64,000 nucleotides of DNA from NCBI RefSeq assembly GCF_964355755.1, contig NC_092678.1, forward strand, positions 17,439,365 to 17,503,364. Direction: 5' to 3'. Position 1 is the first letter of the stretch; every line of letters begins with the position of its first letter. Both the position numbers and the translations under genes were made by a program. Origin of the DNA: Antedon mediterranea (lineage: Eukaryota > Animalia > Echinodermata). The notes beneath the pieces are model-generated. The model was not told the origin of the DNA and did no database searches. It saw nothing but the letters and a program-made list of their open reading frames with translations. This document shows positions 13,892 through 28,800 of this stretch, one piece after another.

Positions 13892-16800
13892 CTTGAAAAT
13901 AAAAACATGAATACTTGGTAAAATAACAGTTCACGAGTTGAGATTTTCTTCTTCGAGGAAAATTGTTACAGTTTGGTATGTATGTCAGCGGACAAAATTG
14001 TGACCGTAAAATAATTTATCTGCATTGTACTGTTAGTGTGTATTACGTGTCAGTGAAAATTAAAGAGGGTCGATAATGGTGCAAACATTAAAATATTAAA
14101 ATTAAAATACAAAGTTTATCAATTGAGTACGTAGAACTAAAGATCCGAAGCCTAGTTGGTTGGAACTTGTTCAGCCAGAGATGGTTCCTGATCAAGTTAA
14201 AACTATCAAACACGTCACAGGAAGCGTGGACAAATGTAGAAAACGCGTCAAACGTCGAAGGAAAAAATTCAAACCTCCATCCATCTGTTATTTTTGGTAA
14301 TGCGCACTCACTCAAAACAAGTGAAATGGCTGCAAATGTATTCGAATACAGGGACAGTTGCCTTATGGCGATCACTGAAACTTGGCTAATTGAATCTTTT
14401 CGGATCATGGATCAAAAAATTGTTCTTGTTATCTGGAAATATTAACATTAAACAGTACCAACGGAAATTACGATAATAAAGTATCTATTTTATTAATTTC
14501 GAAATACAAAGAAAAAATATGAACAAAATATCTATATTGTGCCAACAGAGGCCAACAAGACTTATGTCCAATTAGGCGTGTCACTCAAACAGTGAAACAA
14601 TTACAAGGTATAATTGATATAATACTAATTTAATGTTACTTTATCTCATATTATCATTATTTGCATGTTTTAGCTGTTTTTCATTAACTGTCTTTGCATG
14701 ATTATAACAATGTTTTATCTAGATTGACTGTAATCATGTTGTACTTTCCATATCATATGATTTCTGGATGTAGATCAATATCTACAATATAATACAAACG
14801 TTAAATGACGATGATCCATGTATTCTGCTATATTTTTACTTTTCATTATGGCAGCCGACGGTGCTACAGTAACTGAATTAAATAGTCTTGTTCGTAAACA
14901 ATGCCAAAATAGAAAAACTCGAAGAGAGCAAAAAGAAAGATATTACGCTTGAACGTATCACACATTAAACATACATATTCCGTAGAAGTATTAATTCCTA
15001 AAATAAAATAATTGTTTTTTGAGGCATAGAGTTAAACTTACGTTTTCATGAGAGGAGGATAAGATAATATTTGTTCCTCGTGCAAAATAAGCTTATTACA
15101 ACACTATTGCAGATTATAACGTGAATCGGCGGCGATTGTACGGAGGCATGTCTATTTTTGTTTTCGTATCTAATTTTGGCTTTCAAAAATGGCAGCCCAA
15201 AGCAATCGCGACCCCTGGATCCGACCCGTCGGACTATTTTGATATACAATGATGGAGGTTCAGACGTTCTGTGGTACATTTAAATTGTATTATTTGTATT
15301 TCCTCTTAACTTAATCTTAATTTCAAATAGAATAACATCAATAAAGTAATATTGTTTACTTAGAAGTGTGCCAGTTATTCAGCACTGAAGAAAACAAAAT
15401 CAGAAAACATTTAAACACATGCGACCACGTTTTTTTAAACAGTATTAAGGCTAAGTGTGTTAATTATTGAGATGTAAAGCACATAGGCTGATTTTAGCAT
15501 GAGTAAGTGCAGATATGGAGGGAGGAGAAATATAAAGTGTAGACACAGATATCACCTCACACGCAAGCTATTACTGACCCAGTGTGAAGGCCGAAATCAA
15601 GAGATTAGTTGTTTGACGGGATGGGATGTTCCTGCTCCCCAATTATTGTGATCCCTTTATTTATAGAACTTGAAAAGCAGAAAAAAGAGGAGAATGTGTA
15701 TGTTTGTTTGTTGCAAGATGCCTATAACGCTGGTTCAAATTTTAACTTAAGTTTATCTTACGAACGGATAACGCTAATATTGTACGTACCACCACATTAG
15801 GTAACCGATGCGCCCCCATTATGACACGTGCGAATAAAGAACAAGTGCTATTCCACTGTACGGAGGGATAGCTACCCGATGCCTCTCATAATAATATTAT
15901 TTTTCATTCAAAAACATTTACTAATAATGATAATAATAAATTACTATAAAACAAACGAATACAAGTAGGCATATCACTACACACAATACAACTACATACA
16001 GGAGCTTGTGTTAAAAGAAAGGTTTAGGGATCAATCATAATCAAACAAAAACGGGCATATTATATTATTTTTGTTTTGGATGAATATTCTGTCTTTGCAA
16101 AGAGTAAAAAATGAAATGATGTGACATAAAGTGTGGTAATCTTACAACGAAAATATACTATATTCAAAAGTATGATAAACAAGGGAAAGCACTCACAGTT
16201 GTGTCAATGATGTCAAACCATCAAAGACGTTTTCTGGTAATGTAGTTATTTGGTTAGTGAACAAGTACCTGAAAATCGTGAAAAAATGCATTAAATAGGT
16301 ATATATACAGTACCAAAGGATAGTACGATAACAAAAATTATTTTTAAAATTTCGAAAAACAAACAAAATATAACAACACATCTATATTGTGCCAACAGAG
16401 GCCATAAACGGCTTATGTCTAATTAGGCGTGTCACTCCAGCAGTGAAACCATTACAGGGTATATACAAGGACATAATAATAGTTGTTTAATGTTACTTTA
16501 GCTCGTATTATCATTAGTTGCATGTTTTAGCTGTTTTTCTTTAACTGCTTTTACATGATTTAACTATGTTTTATCTGGATTTACAACAACCAAGACAGAG
16601 GCACCCCAAAGATAATGCTGGCCAGGAAAAGGTATACAAAACAATTCTAAGTCTAAACAACTTTAAGAAACCTCATTATTTCCATATGCCTTAATGAATA
16701 AATGGGTTTTTAATAATTTTTAAAAAGTATCAATAGTTTTTCAAAATCTTATAGAGCTCGGTAGAGCATTCCACAGACGAGGAGCAGTAACGGAGAATGC

Positions 16801-19800
16801 TCTGTCACCCCATGAGTGGTGAGACTTAGGCTGATGTAGAAGCAGCGAGTCACTAGAACGCAGATTACGTCCGGGAACATACAACCTAAGCATGTCAGAA
16901 ATATATTCAGGAGCCATGCCATTTATAGACTTAAAAACAAAGAGTAATATTTTAAAAACAATGCGGTACCTAACAGGGAGCCAATGCAAAATTTCCAAAG
17001 TATTTGATATGTGTCCATATCTTGGTAATTTTTTAACAACTCGTGCCGCTGTATTTTGAATCAGTTGGAGCCTGTGGAGTTGTTTTTGTGGTAGCCCGTA
17101 TAGCAAAGAGTTTCCCATATCCAGTCGTGAAGTGACAAAAGCATGAACAAGTTGTTTAGCTGCTGTCTCATTTATAAACTTGCGAATCCTTCGAATGTTT
17201 CGCAAGTGAAAAGACGACGCAGAAATAGTTTTTGAGATATGAGAAATCATAGTCATACCCACATCCATTTCAACCCCAAGATTTCTAACCTGCCTAGCCG
17301 GGTCAATTTGGGTTTCACCAATGTGAATAAAGCTTGGTGGCAGTTTTTCCAACTGCTGTTTTGATCCAAAGAGAACAAATTCTGTTTTTTCATCATTTAA
17401 TTTAAGAAAGTTGTTTTTCATCCAGAAAGATAGATACAATGTTGGAGCAATTCTTTCAGCTTGCATGTCTATCTTTCAAAGCTCTACATCACTCTGCTCC
17501 TCTTACTATCTGTCAGCTTTTAACTAAAGTAACTTCCAACGGCCGTATGAACACTAGGCAAATTACTAAAGGAGATCTCCTTATCCCTCGTCCTTACCTT
17601 GAAATCTTTAAACTTTCTTTTAGTTTCAATGCTCCTTCTTTCTTTAATTCTTTATCTTTAAGCATTCGTAACACTTACAATTTCTCCTCCTTTAAATCTC
17701 TTTTGAAAAAACACCTGTTTCTCTCTCTCTGATTTTATTTCTTTTTTTCCTTCTTTCATTGTTGGCTTTCTGTATATTTTTTTATATATATATATATTTA
17801 TTTTTTATATCTTTGTTAATTTTGTGTTTTTATAGTTCATTTTGTATTTACTGTTTGTTTGAGGGTCCCTAATGATCAGCTGATGCTGGATGGACCACCC
17901 TCATAAAATATTGTTGAAATAAATAAATAAAATAAATTCCAAAGAAATGTCACTGTGTTTCATAGTAGGTTTAAAAGAAATATAAATCTTGAGTATCATC
18001 AGCATAAACATGATAGCACAGATCATATTTACTTATGATATCCCGTATCGGGTGTAAATAAATAGTAAACCATTGCGGCCCATGAACAGATCCTTGTGGT
18101 ACCGAAAAGTTTAGAAAAGAAGCTTTTGAAATAGCATCACCAATACATACGTGTTGTGGTCGTTTTTCCGAATATGACCGACACCAATCAAGTGCATTTC
18201 CTTCAATACCAATATAAGTACTGAGTCTATTTAGCAACACAGAATGATCAACCGTATCAAATGCTGCACTTAAATATAATAATACTAGATCAGTTAGCTT
18301 TCCATCATCCATCCCACGTAGGATGTCATTATTTACACGAAGTAATGCCGTTTCAGTACTGTGATGCGCTTTGTAGGCAGATTGATACGGATCAAGTAGC
18401 CCATGTTTTTGTACATGCGACAAAATTCGTTTAGAAACAACCTTCTCAATAATTTTTCCTAAAAACTAAGATTCGAGATAGGTCTGTAGTTTTTCAGAAT
18501 CTCGGGATCTAGACCTGTTTTTTTCAATGTGGGTCGAACATGGGTGACTTTTAGAGACTCTGGGAAAGAACCACTTTCAAGAGACTTATTAACAATATGT
18601 GTGATTAATGGAATAAATGCAGAAGTACATTTCTTAATCAGTAAAGTTGGTACCGGGTCAAGTGCACACAATTAAAAGGGAGAGTTTTTGACTATTTTTA
18701 TAATTTCCTCATCACTTGCAGGTTCGAACTGAGAAAACCGTATAGACCTAGTTAAACCATAAGATATATTACATTTATCAGAAGAAGTTATAACTTCGGC
18801 AGTATTTTCATTTTCTAGTGAATCACGAATTGATTTAATTTTATTTACAAAAAACACAGAAAATCTTTCAGCAAGAGCTTCATCGGAGACAGACGAAGGA
18901 AGGACCGATGACTTGGAGTGATGTAAAAGTTTATTTACTATATTGAAAAGTTTCTTTTGATCACCTGTGCAGTCACTAACCAGACTAGAGTAATACCGCA
19001 TCTTGGCCTTTTCAATCAGTCCATTTACAACGCATCTTTGAACACAGTATTCCTGTCTATCCTTAAGAAGCTTTGATTTCATCCATTTACGTTCAAGTTG
19101 ACGACGTACTTTCCTTTCAGATCGAATTTCATCGGTATACCACGGTTTAGCTTCCTTTTGCTTAATTGTTTTGTTCTGAACTGGCGCATGTAAATCAAGT
19201 ACAGCTCTGATATCAGAATAGCTTTCTACACTGTCTTCAAGAATTACACTTACATCGGTTATATTAGACACACAGGCTTTAATGTCATTTGTGAATTTCT
19301 CAATATCAATTTGTTTTAGGTTGCGACTTTTTCTTACAGTTTTGTGTGTTGTGGGCCGTTTAAGATCAAACTTGCAAAACATGGCAAAATGATCTGACAG
19401 GCCAGGGTGTATCTTTACATCCGAGAGCAGTAGATCATCTCTAGTGATGATAAGGTCGAGGCAGTGCCCACTACAGTGTGTGGGTTCACTTATATGCTGC
19501 TGGAGACCAAACGATCTAAGCAGTGTTTTAAATCTATCCGCTGCCACATTTTTTTTTATTATCCATATGGATATTAAAGTCTCCGCAGAAAACAATTTCA
19601 GACGAAAAGAGAATAAAGTCAAACAACATTTTTTCAAAATCATTTAGGAACTCTGTAACAGACAAGGTTGGTGGTCGATATATGTTAACTAAACGAAGAG
19701 ATTTCGAGTTAGACGTAATATGCACATGTATAGCCTCAAATGATGCATATGTATGTACATCCATTTTCAAGTTAACAACTAAGCTTGACTTAGACAGAAT

Positions 19801-22800
19801 TCCAACACCACCCCCAGTTTTGTCCACCCTAGGGACATGCACAAAGCGATATCCTAGTGGAGTTAAATCTCCAATCACAAGATCATCGTCTGGTCCACAA
19901 CTTCATCACACTTGCGTGCATTTAGAAATTAAGATGTGCTTTTTCTTTAGACCTATGCTTTTCTGTGGATTTAGTACTCGTCTCACCATTTCCAGATACT
20001 TGCTCCACTCCTTTTCTTGAGGCTTTGCTTTGCGTTGCGTGGATCGAGCATTAAGTACACATAATTTTAATTTAGAAAAATGAGTACTTATGGCACTGTG
20101 TCCTTTTGCAGTCGGCGGACTGTGTCCAGGTACTGGCTCCACTCTTGGTGTATTTGGTCTCTGTAGGGTTTTATTTGTAGAAATACCGCTGCGAAGATCG
20201 TACATCCTATATATCCTCGAGTACGATGATATTGACTGAGTCATTTTCGCGTCCCTGTCATATGAAATTAATTTTCGTGTGGCAACACTCGCGTTTGGCG
20301 ATAAATAAACAAAAGTCATCTACTGAGACTTGAACTCGCGATGATTAGTCCACACTATCACGAGACAACGTTTAACCCGCTAGCGCCACGCAACTTGCTT
20401 AAAGAAATTAATCAACTACACTATTTAAACTATGCATACATAACGCCCTAATTTATTATTAGCCCTCTCTAGACGTGATGAAAGACCGTTTGTGATTGGT
20501 CAATACTCACGGTAGTAACCTGGTACGCGCGGCGCGCTGAACATCTGGTGATTCGGCTCGAAGAAGACGAATTATTATTTATTCGGCCTAACTGATAATA
20601 ATAATATTATTATTATTAATGTAGATTTATTGTTGGAAATTCTTCTGTTAATTTAAACGACCTAGGCCTAAGTGAATATTTTATTGCCAAGGAATCATTA
20701 ATTAGTAATTATCTGTATATTGCTCTTCGCAAGGTAACTAGGCAGGCTTATTACATACATGTGGTCTAGCTACTCCCGACCCAGTAGATATTCTACTTGT
20801 TGTTGGCTATATAATATAACAGATATCGCCTTTTATATCGGCAAAATATAAGATTTGACATTCCCTCGGGAATGATATTTTGTTCGAGGGAATATATTCC
20901 CGAGGGGATGTCATTCCCGAGGGATGTTAAATCTGTTATTTTTAACTAACCAGGCGAATATCTGTATTATATATTATGTCGTTAGACACATGTGGCCAAG
21001 GATTACCAATAGTAAAATGAATCACTGTCCTATCAGATAGGTGGTGATTCCACTAATACAGGGGCTATTTTGTGAACCAGTTCACCGGGATAACTCCATA
21101 CTCGTCTCGAATGATGAACTGGATTCTTTAAAGTACACACGGGTTATAACTATGTACACTGGACCTACGGTTTGTAGTACTTATCCGAGAAGACTTGTTC
21201 AACCACCAGAACTAGGAGCGAGTCGGCCTCGAACCATTGTTGATATTGTTGGCTCTTTCGTCATGGTAAACAGCTCCTCTGCATTAACCGCTCGGTCATT
21301 TGAATATGGGCCAATAGGTCCAACAAAATTTTATTTAACTACAACATCCTTGCTACAAACAATCTCGTTGTACATGTTAATCATAGAATAATGGTTTACA
21401 CTTTTATTCGTGGTTCTTCTTCTGTTCTTCGCAATCAAGAACATGTGACGTATTTCAATTAAAACATAATGGTGACGACTTACGATCGACATTTTTCCGA
21501 CGAACTGTCATACTTCGTAGTCTTGAATAGTTAAACGTCATAATGTCTGAAAACACATCGGTACCGGCTTTGACAAAATCTTCAAGCTATGTCTACACTT
21601 TCAAACTTTGTATGAAGAAAATGTGATGTGCCCATATTGATGTCATATCAGTAGCATAATTTGGTCGTCAAACTAGTTTGATAGTGTAGACAGAGCTATA
21701 TAAATAGCTAATAACAAGTGACGGTGTATCAAGAAAATAAACGTATACAAGCAGAAAAAAAAATTCCAAAAATGTTAGTAACCTTAAGCATACTATTCTC
21801 TCCCCTCCGAAGAAATGTATACTCAATAGTTATTTTGAATATTCTACATGTTGACTTACATAATAAACTGTACGCACTTCCTCCTGAACTGATATCTACC
21901 AAATACATCTAAACATTTTACTGTGAACTTTCACACATTTGTGCTTATAATCATCTGGTTCGGTTTTATCAAAGATATGCTGTGAACATTCTAACAAATC
22001 TCGCCCTTTCTCCAAGTATTCTTTAATGTTAATTTTACTTTCACACAAAATCGATTATAAAAGGCAACCGATGAACATTACTGTTTAGAGAACACTAAAA
22101 ACTGCGGCGTTTCTCGATCATCTAGTCCGAGGTGTGTAAAGTTAGAATACACTGCTTCGGGAATACGCTACCTTAATCCACGTTAGGGCAATTGAGCACT
22201 GTCTGTAAGACTTTGTTAAGCAGAAAGGTATATCGAATGAAAACTAAAAGAAAAGTTAGGAGCTGTGACTAACCATCGATTTCAGCCAAACAAAAACATG
22301 GAACATACTCTATCGACTAAATACGGACCAAATCATGACCCATCAAGATCATATGTATAACTTGACTGCTGATAAATGACGATCGTAAGCTCTTTACACT
22401 CCACCACTGTAAGGAGCTCGAAAGCAGAGATGAATAAATGAAATGAATAACTTTCACTACTATATCCTAATTGATAATGAAATAAACATGAACTATATTA
22501 AAAACATTAAAATTGTTAACTGAAAGTACATGATGAACAAACACTATTTAGTTTAAGAACATCTGTAATATAAAGAAATTGAAACTACTTAATTTGTATT
22601 TTGTACATTACTTTATTGCATTGTCAATACCAACGTAATGAAATATCAGAATAGAGGCCTACAGCACCGAATATTTATGATAACGTGATCAAATGATTAT
22701 TTGAATAGACACCACACCTATGAAATTGAATACAAACATTCTGTAGTAAAAATTAAGCTGGTTTCTTGTGGTAGCGTCAGCAAGCATTATTGACGTGAGT

Positions 22801-25800
22801 AGTGTACTTCATATTATTGTTATGATGTATTGTAATTTGTCAGGATATATTTTAAGTAAACAAAGCTAAATCAAATAAACTGGACTTAGTTTTCCCTTAG
22901 TAAATTGACACTTTATACTGCCTTAGTAGGTTACAATGAACCTAAGAATCAGGCAAACCTTCAAATATCATATCTTATATCAATCATGTCTAATTTCATA
23001 ATTAATATATGATTGCAGTCTTGACATTTTTTGGAAGCATAAAATTATAAATTACACTTACAGTTTTTGCAAAGATGTTAAACCACCGAATACATTTGCA
23101 GGCAATGATTGTAAGCTGTTTTCGTATAAATACCTTCAACAACAAAAAGAAACAACAGTTAGTAATTAAACATTCACGAGCTGTTTCGAAGGATGTCGTC
23201 TTTGTTTTTGAACAAAAAAGTTAATTAAAATATGTTGGCCGTATAGAATAGGTGTCTGTGGAAATTAAGATAAGGCTGATAACGTTACGAACGTTTGGTT
23301 ATTACACAAATGAAAATGTAAATAAAGTGCATGGTCGAATAGTTTTAGGGTTCTAAGATGGAGAAATAGACATCAAACTCGTCTGCTGTCATTCGTCTAA
23401 AAGTCAATATAAACGGTCAGGCCGTTATTATAAATGAGAAAACACGTAGTAAAAGTGTAGTAGTATACATAAACTTAATTTAAACTTTTCATAAAATGTC
23501 GATTGATGTTACGTATGAAGTGATATCCGGGAACATTGCGTCAAGTTTATCGAACAATTTGGTACGAACTTTCAAAACCGCTTTACCATGCCATTAAGTA
23601 ATTGTTCATATAAAGAATCGAGTCAAATGGCCGAGCGGTTAAGGCACGGGCGCCGTTTACCGTACCTAAAGAGCCAACAACATCGACAAGGGTTCGAGGC
23701 CGACTCGCTCCTAGTTCTGGTGGTGGAACAAGTCTTCTCGGATAAGGACTATAAACCGTAGGTCCAGTGTACACAGTTATAACCTGTGTGCACTTTAAAG
23801 AACCCAGTTCATTATTCGAAAAGAGTAGGGGGTTACCCCGGTGAACTGGTTCACAAAATAGCCCTGTATCAGGGGGATTACCACCTATCTGATAGGACAG
23901 TGATTAATTCAATATTGGTAATCCTTGGCCACATTGCCCAAAGACATAAAATAAAAATAAAATAAATAAATAAAATATCAATGTAAACGATTCTATGTGG
24001 TTTATGTTCTAAAAAAACTGCTATTGTTAGCCATATCCATTGAAAAAAAGAACCTATTATACTTTTACGGACCATTTTCGCTGAACACGTCGTAGATGTT
24101 GGTACTTAGCGTTAGTTAGTTTTAAGTTGGACAAAAGCAGTTTATTAACTTTAAAAGGAGCATCCCAACCATTGCCTGGTCGGCTATCTGTGACTAAACG
24201 TCCTAAATGGAAGATACTAAAGCATTTTTTAAAACTAGAACACAATACTACTGTTGTAAGGTCTATGGCCCACAAGAGATTTGATGTTACTGTAATGATC
24301 AACAACTGTAACATTAACATTGGTCAAATCAAGTAAACATGTTCCTACCAAGAATAACCTGTAATACAAAAAAAGTAAACATAATAATACAATTTTAATA
24401 TAAATGTTATTGACAAAAAGAGAGATAGACGTTTCGGTACCATCATAGAACCATTTTCAAGATCAAGTGAATTCAAATCAATAATAATTATGTGCACTAA
24501 GCACCAAAGTTGGTGACATGAAATGCTACTGAGGGATTGAAATTATATAGTAAACGTCTTTTTATTCCTAGTAATACAACTTAAAACTATCATTTTAATT
24601 ATTTTGCAAAAAAACAAAAAAACACCAACATATTTTATGTTTTATCCGCTTTGATTAAGAATAAATTGAATAATTTGTTATTGTTCAGAGTCATACCACA
24701 AGGCTTCAATTAAAAAAACATACTTTAACGTACTAATGTTATAGGATCTAGTATGCCAACAAATTACACCAGGTATGTATGCAACATTTTACTCCAGAAG
24801 ATGTAAAAATACTCAAGAATAAACTAGCTAAGTGTGAAACTGATGGGGGTGACAGTGTCGTATTAAAACGTCGTCAAAAAGTCGAGAATAATATGACCGA
24901 TATCTTATCATTTCTTATTAACAATAATGTTGAATTAAAGAATTCCGACATTTGCTGCTGTGAACTTATCTAAAATTGCAACTGTTCATATTGGGGCTGT
25001 AGATACTGCCTCGTTATATCGTGAGATAAACAAGATACCATTTGATTTGCAGCTTGTAAAAGGAGATGTTGAGCATGGTTTTACTGAAAGACAACACATC
25101 AAGAATAAGCTGAATGAGTGTTATTGAACAGTCAAAACTTCATTGAACTGCAATAATGCTAGCAACGCCAAGTATTTTCCTAATGCTGTTTAAGTGATGC
25201 TTCTCGTCAAGGTACGTATAAGCAAAGGCCACAAAAAAGCAGACACATGCCTTCTTTGTGTCTATACCTTGGACATATGTCCGTTGATACCACCGTGGAT
25301 GGAAATCAATGCAAAAGTGAGTGCTTTGACTGTTAAAAGTGATGAATATGTTTCTTTATTGTTGAGCTGTGATGCTAAATATAAAGAGAATATACTTGGT
25401 CCGTCACTCTGGCCTGCTAATGCCATCATTCGTAAATATTATGAGCCTAGAATTGGTTTGATAGATAATCAATATGACTCCAGCTTTAACCATACTGGTT
25501 AGTCATGGCTGTACATCAAACTTGTGATGTCCGAGTAGTTTCATATAACTGTAAGAAATTAAAGTCTAGACAGAAAAAGATTATTGACTTATGCGAGACG
25601 TATGATGTTATTTGTTTCCAAGATGAGCTTCACCTCTTGAAAACGCTGTATATTGATTTTGACTGTTATGGCACGTCGTCTATTGATACCTCCGCATCTC
25701 TGGAGGTGTAGCTACATTGTTTAGAAAGAGTTTATATAGTTCTGTTAGGCACATTAATCTAGCTGACAATAGCTTGTTGCCATTGAGCTAGGTGTAGATA

Positions 25801-28800
25801 ACAATAAAACATTGCTTGTCAGTGTATACTTAACGTATGACTGCAACGAAAATTGTGTAAATTTGAAGATATGATTGAGAAGTATGATAACTGTAAAATA
25901 GTGCTTTTAGGAGATTTAATTAATTTCTGTACAGAATGAAATCTACATTTGTCTGACTGTGAGAATCGGGGTTCACGTCTGACACGTTTACCTTCTATAG
26001 CACATAACATAACCAGTCGGTTGGACCATTTAGTTTCCACTCTGAGTTCTCATTATTGTTTAAGTAATTTTAATTGTAGTTTTGCGTCAGGGAGTTGAGT
26101 GATTAGATGTTTTGCCCTACTCTGAAGTAATTTGTACTTTATACTAAGTACATTTGAGAATACTTGCGAAAAATTTCGCAAGTAGTTCTCGGGTGGGACT
26201 CGAACCCACGACCTCCAGATCACTAGCCTGGCGTTCATACCTCTAGACCACTGAGCTTGCGCTGATGGCTAGTGGTTAGATTCGAGCTCAAGTAAGCAGC
26301 GGGTACTGCACCAACAGGATTGTAATTGTAGTTGTAGCTATTGTAATTTTAGCTACATGATTTCATAGGGTCTGATCATTTTCCTATTGCATTTTGTATT
26401 AATGATGTTTTATGGGATAAGCCTATAACCCATGATTCAAGATAACGACAGACATAACATTGCAACTATTGTTAACTGGAAGTCCGTTAGTAAACATGAT
26501 ATTGATAAGTACACTTATACCACATGTATTACTTAATAGTCTTTTAATTAAGTCCTAAGCTTTCAATTGACATAGTTGCTTTCTGGACGCACCAAAAGCA
26601 TTCGATCGAGTCAAATCTTATTTAAAGTTTTAGTTGAAAGAGGTGTGCCTATCTTTGTAGTTATGATCTTACGACTGGTATGATAATCAAGAATGTGTAG
26701 TTAGATGGGGACATTGTGTCCCTTCACCTTTTTTCTGTTATTAACGGTGTGCGACAAGGGTGTGTAATGTCTCCACTGCTTTACAATGTAGCCTATTATA
26801 TTGACGATCTTTATGTACAACTTAGAGAGTCCAATCATGGGTGTACTATTGGTGATAACAAAGTTAATTGTCTTGGTTACGCTGATGACATGCTTCTCAT
26901 GGCTCCTTTTTCTATTGGAGTACTGAATCTCATTAATGTTTTTGAACTTTATGCTACGAATCGAGATATTGTGTACGGTACTATACAATCCAAGTGTATG
27001 TTTTTATGTGCTTGTGTACGTAAGTTACAAGGTTGACCTAGTGTTAAGCTAAACCAAACTGACCTTGAATTTGTTGACTGTATAACATACTTGGGTCATG
27101 TGATTTGTAACTCTCTGAATGATGATAATGATATTAAGAAACAGTATCGAGCTCTGTGTATCAAAGCTAATGCATTATGCAGGACATTCTCCAAATGTTC
27201 CGTTGAAGTTAAATGTCAGTTATTTAAAATGTTTTGCGTTAATGTAAGCCAATACTGTATGACTCTATGGAGTAAATTCCGTGAAGGTACTGTAAACTAA
27301 TTCAGAGTTTTCTTTAATAACGGGTTGCGTAAGCTACTGATAATTTTTAGTTATAGCATGATGTTTTTAACGAATAACGATCCCTCATTCTATAATTTGA
27401 TGGAACGCTATACATTATAGTTTTAAGAGCATAATTCATGACAGTTGCAATAGCCTGATTCAAACCATAGTTAACGTCATTCCATAATCCAACCTACATC
27501 AGCGTTGGTACAAATTGGTATTTTTTTAGGATATTGTAAGTTGATTTGTGGAAGTTGCTTATTTTATTTCCTGGTTAAATTGTTTCTATTTCTGTTTTTA
27601 TGATTTGTATATGGATGTACTATCCGAAATAAAGAAAATGAATGAATGAATGAATAGTGTATTGGCCTAGTACAACGTCATGCTATTTTTAAACAGTTAA
27701 ACCTACCCTTAAATGCATAATTTCACAATTAACCAGATTTACTTACAATTGTAAAGCTTGTTTCTACAAGTAAGGAAAAATGAGAATAAACACTTACAGT
27801 GTAACCAATGAAGTCAAACCACCAAATGCATATTCATACAATGTAGTAATGTCGTTAAATCTTAAATCCCTTCAAAATAAAAACATGAATACTTGGTAAA
27901 ATAACAGTTCACGAGTTCAGGTTTTCTTCTTCGGGGAAAAATTGTTACAGTTTGGTGTGTATGTCAGCGGACAAAATTATGACCTTAAAATAATTTATCT
28001 GCATTGTACTGTTAGTGTGTATTACGTGTCAGTGAAAATTAAAGAGGGTCGATAATTGTGCAAACATTAAAATATCAAAATTAAAATACAAAGTTTATCA
28101 ATTGAGTACGTAGAACTAAAGATCCGAAGCCTAGTTGGTTGGAACTTGTTCCGCCAGAGATGGTTCCTGATCAAGTTAAAACTATTAAACACGTCACAGG
28201 TATGGCGTTGAAAAATGTGGAAGACGCGACAAACTTCCAAGGAAAAAATTCAACTCTCCAATGCCATCTGTTATTTTTGGTAAAGCTCATTCACTCAAAA
28301 ACAAGTTTTTGGCTGCAAATGCCAGTATTCGAATACAGGGACAGTTGCCTTATGACGCTCACTGAAACTTGGCTAAATGAATCTGTTTCGGATCATGTAT
28401 CAACAAATTATTCTTGTAATCTGGAATTATTAACAGTTGCTCTTCGTCCCTTTTACTTGCCAGGTTCTAGTCACCATTATCTAGGACTATGTAGTGCAAT
28501 TAATTAAAGAATTACATGATTTTTAAATATTTTAGACAAAGTTCAACACAGTGTGACGTATTGTCTGCTACAATATCTAATGATTACACATTTTTAATAA
28601 TTATGTAATTTCTCATTTAATAAAACATACCAGTTATAATAACAAATTACCGTATTAAACGTACAAATCAAAGTATAAAAACAATAAGTATATACAGTAC
28701 CAACGGAAATTACGATAAAAAAGTATCTATTTTATTAATTTCGAAATACAAAGAAAAAATAACAAAAAAATATCTATATTGTGCCAACAGAGGCCAACAA

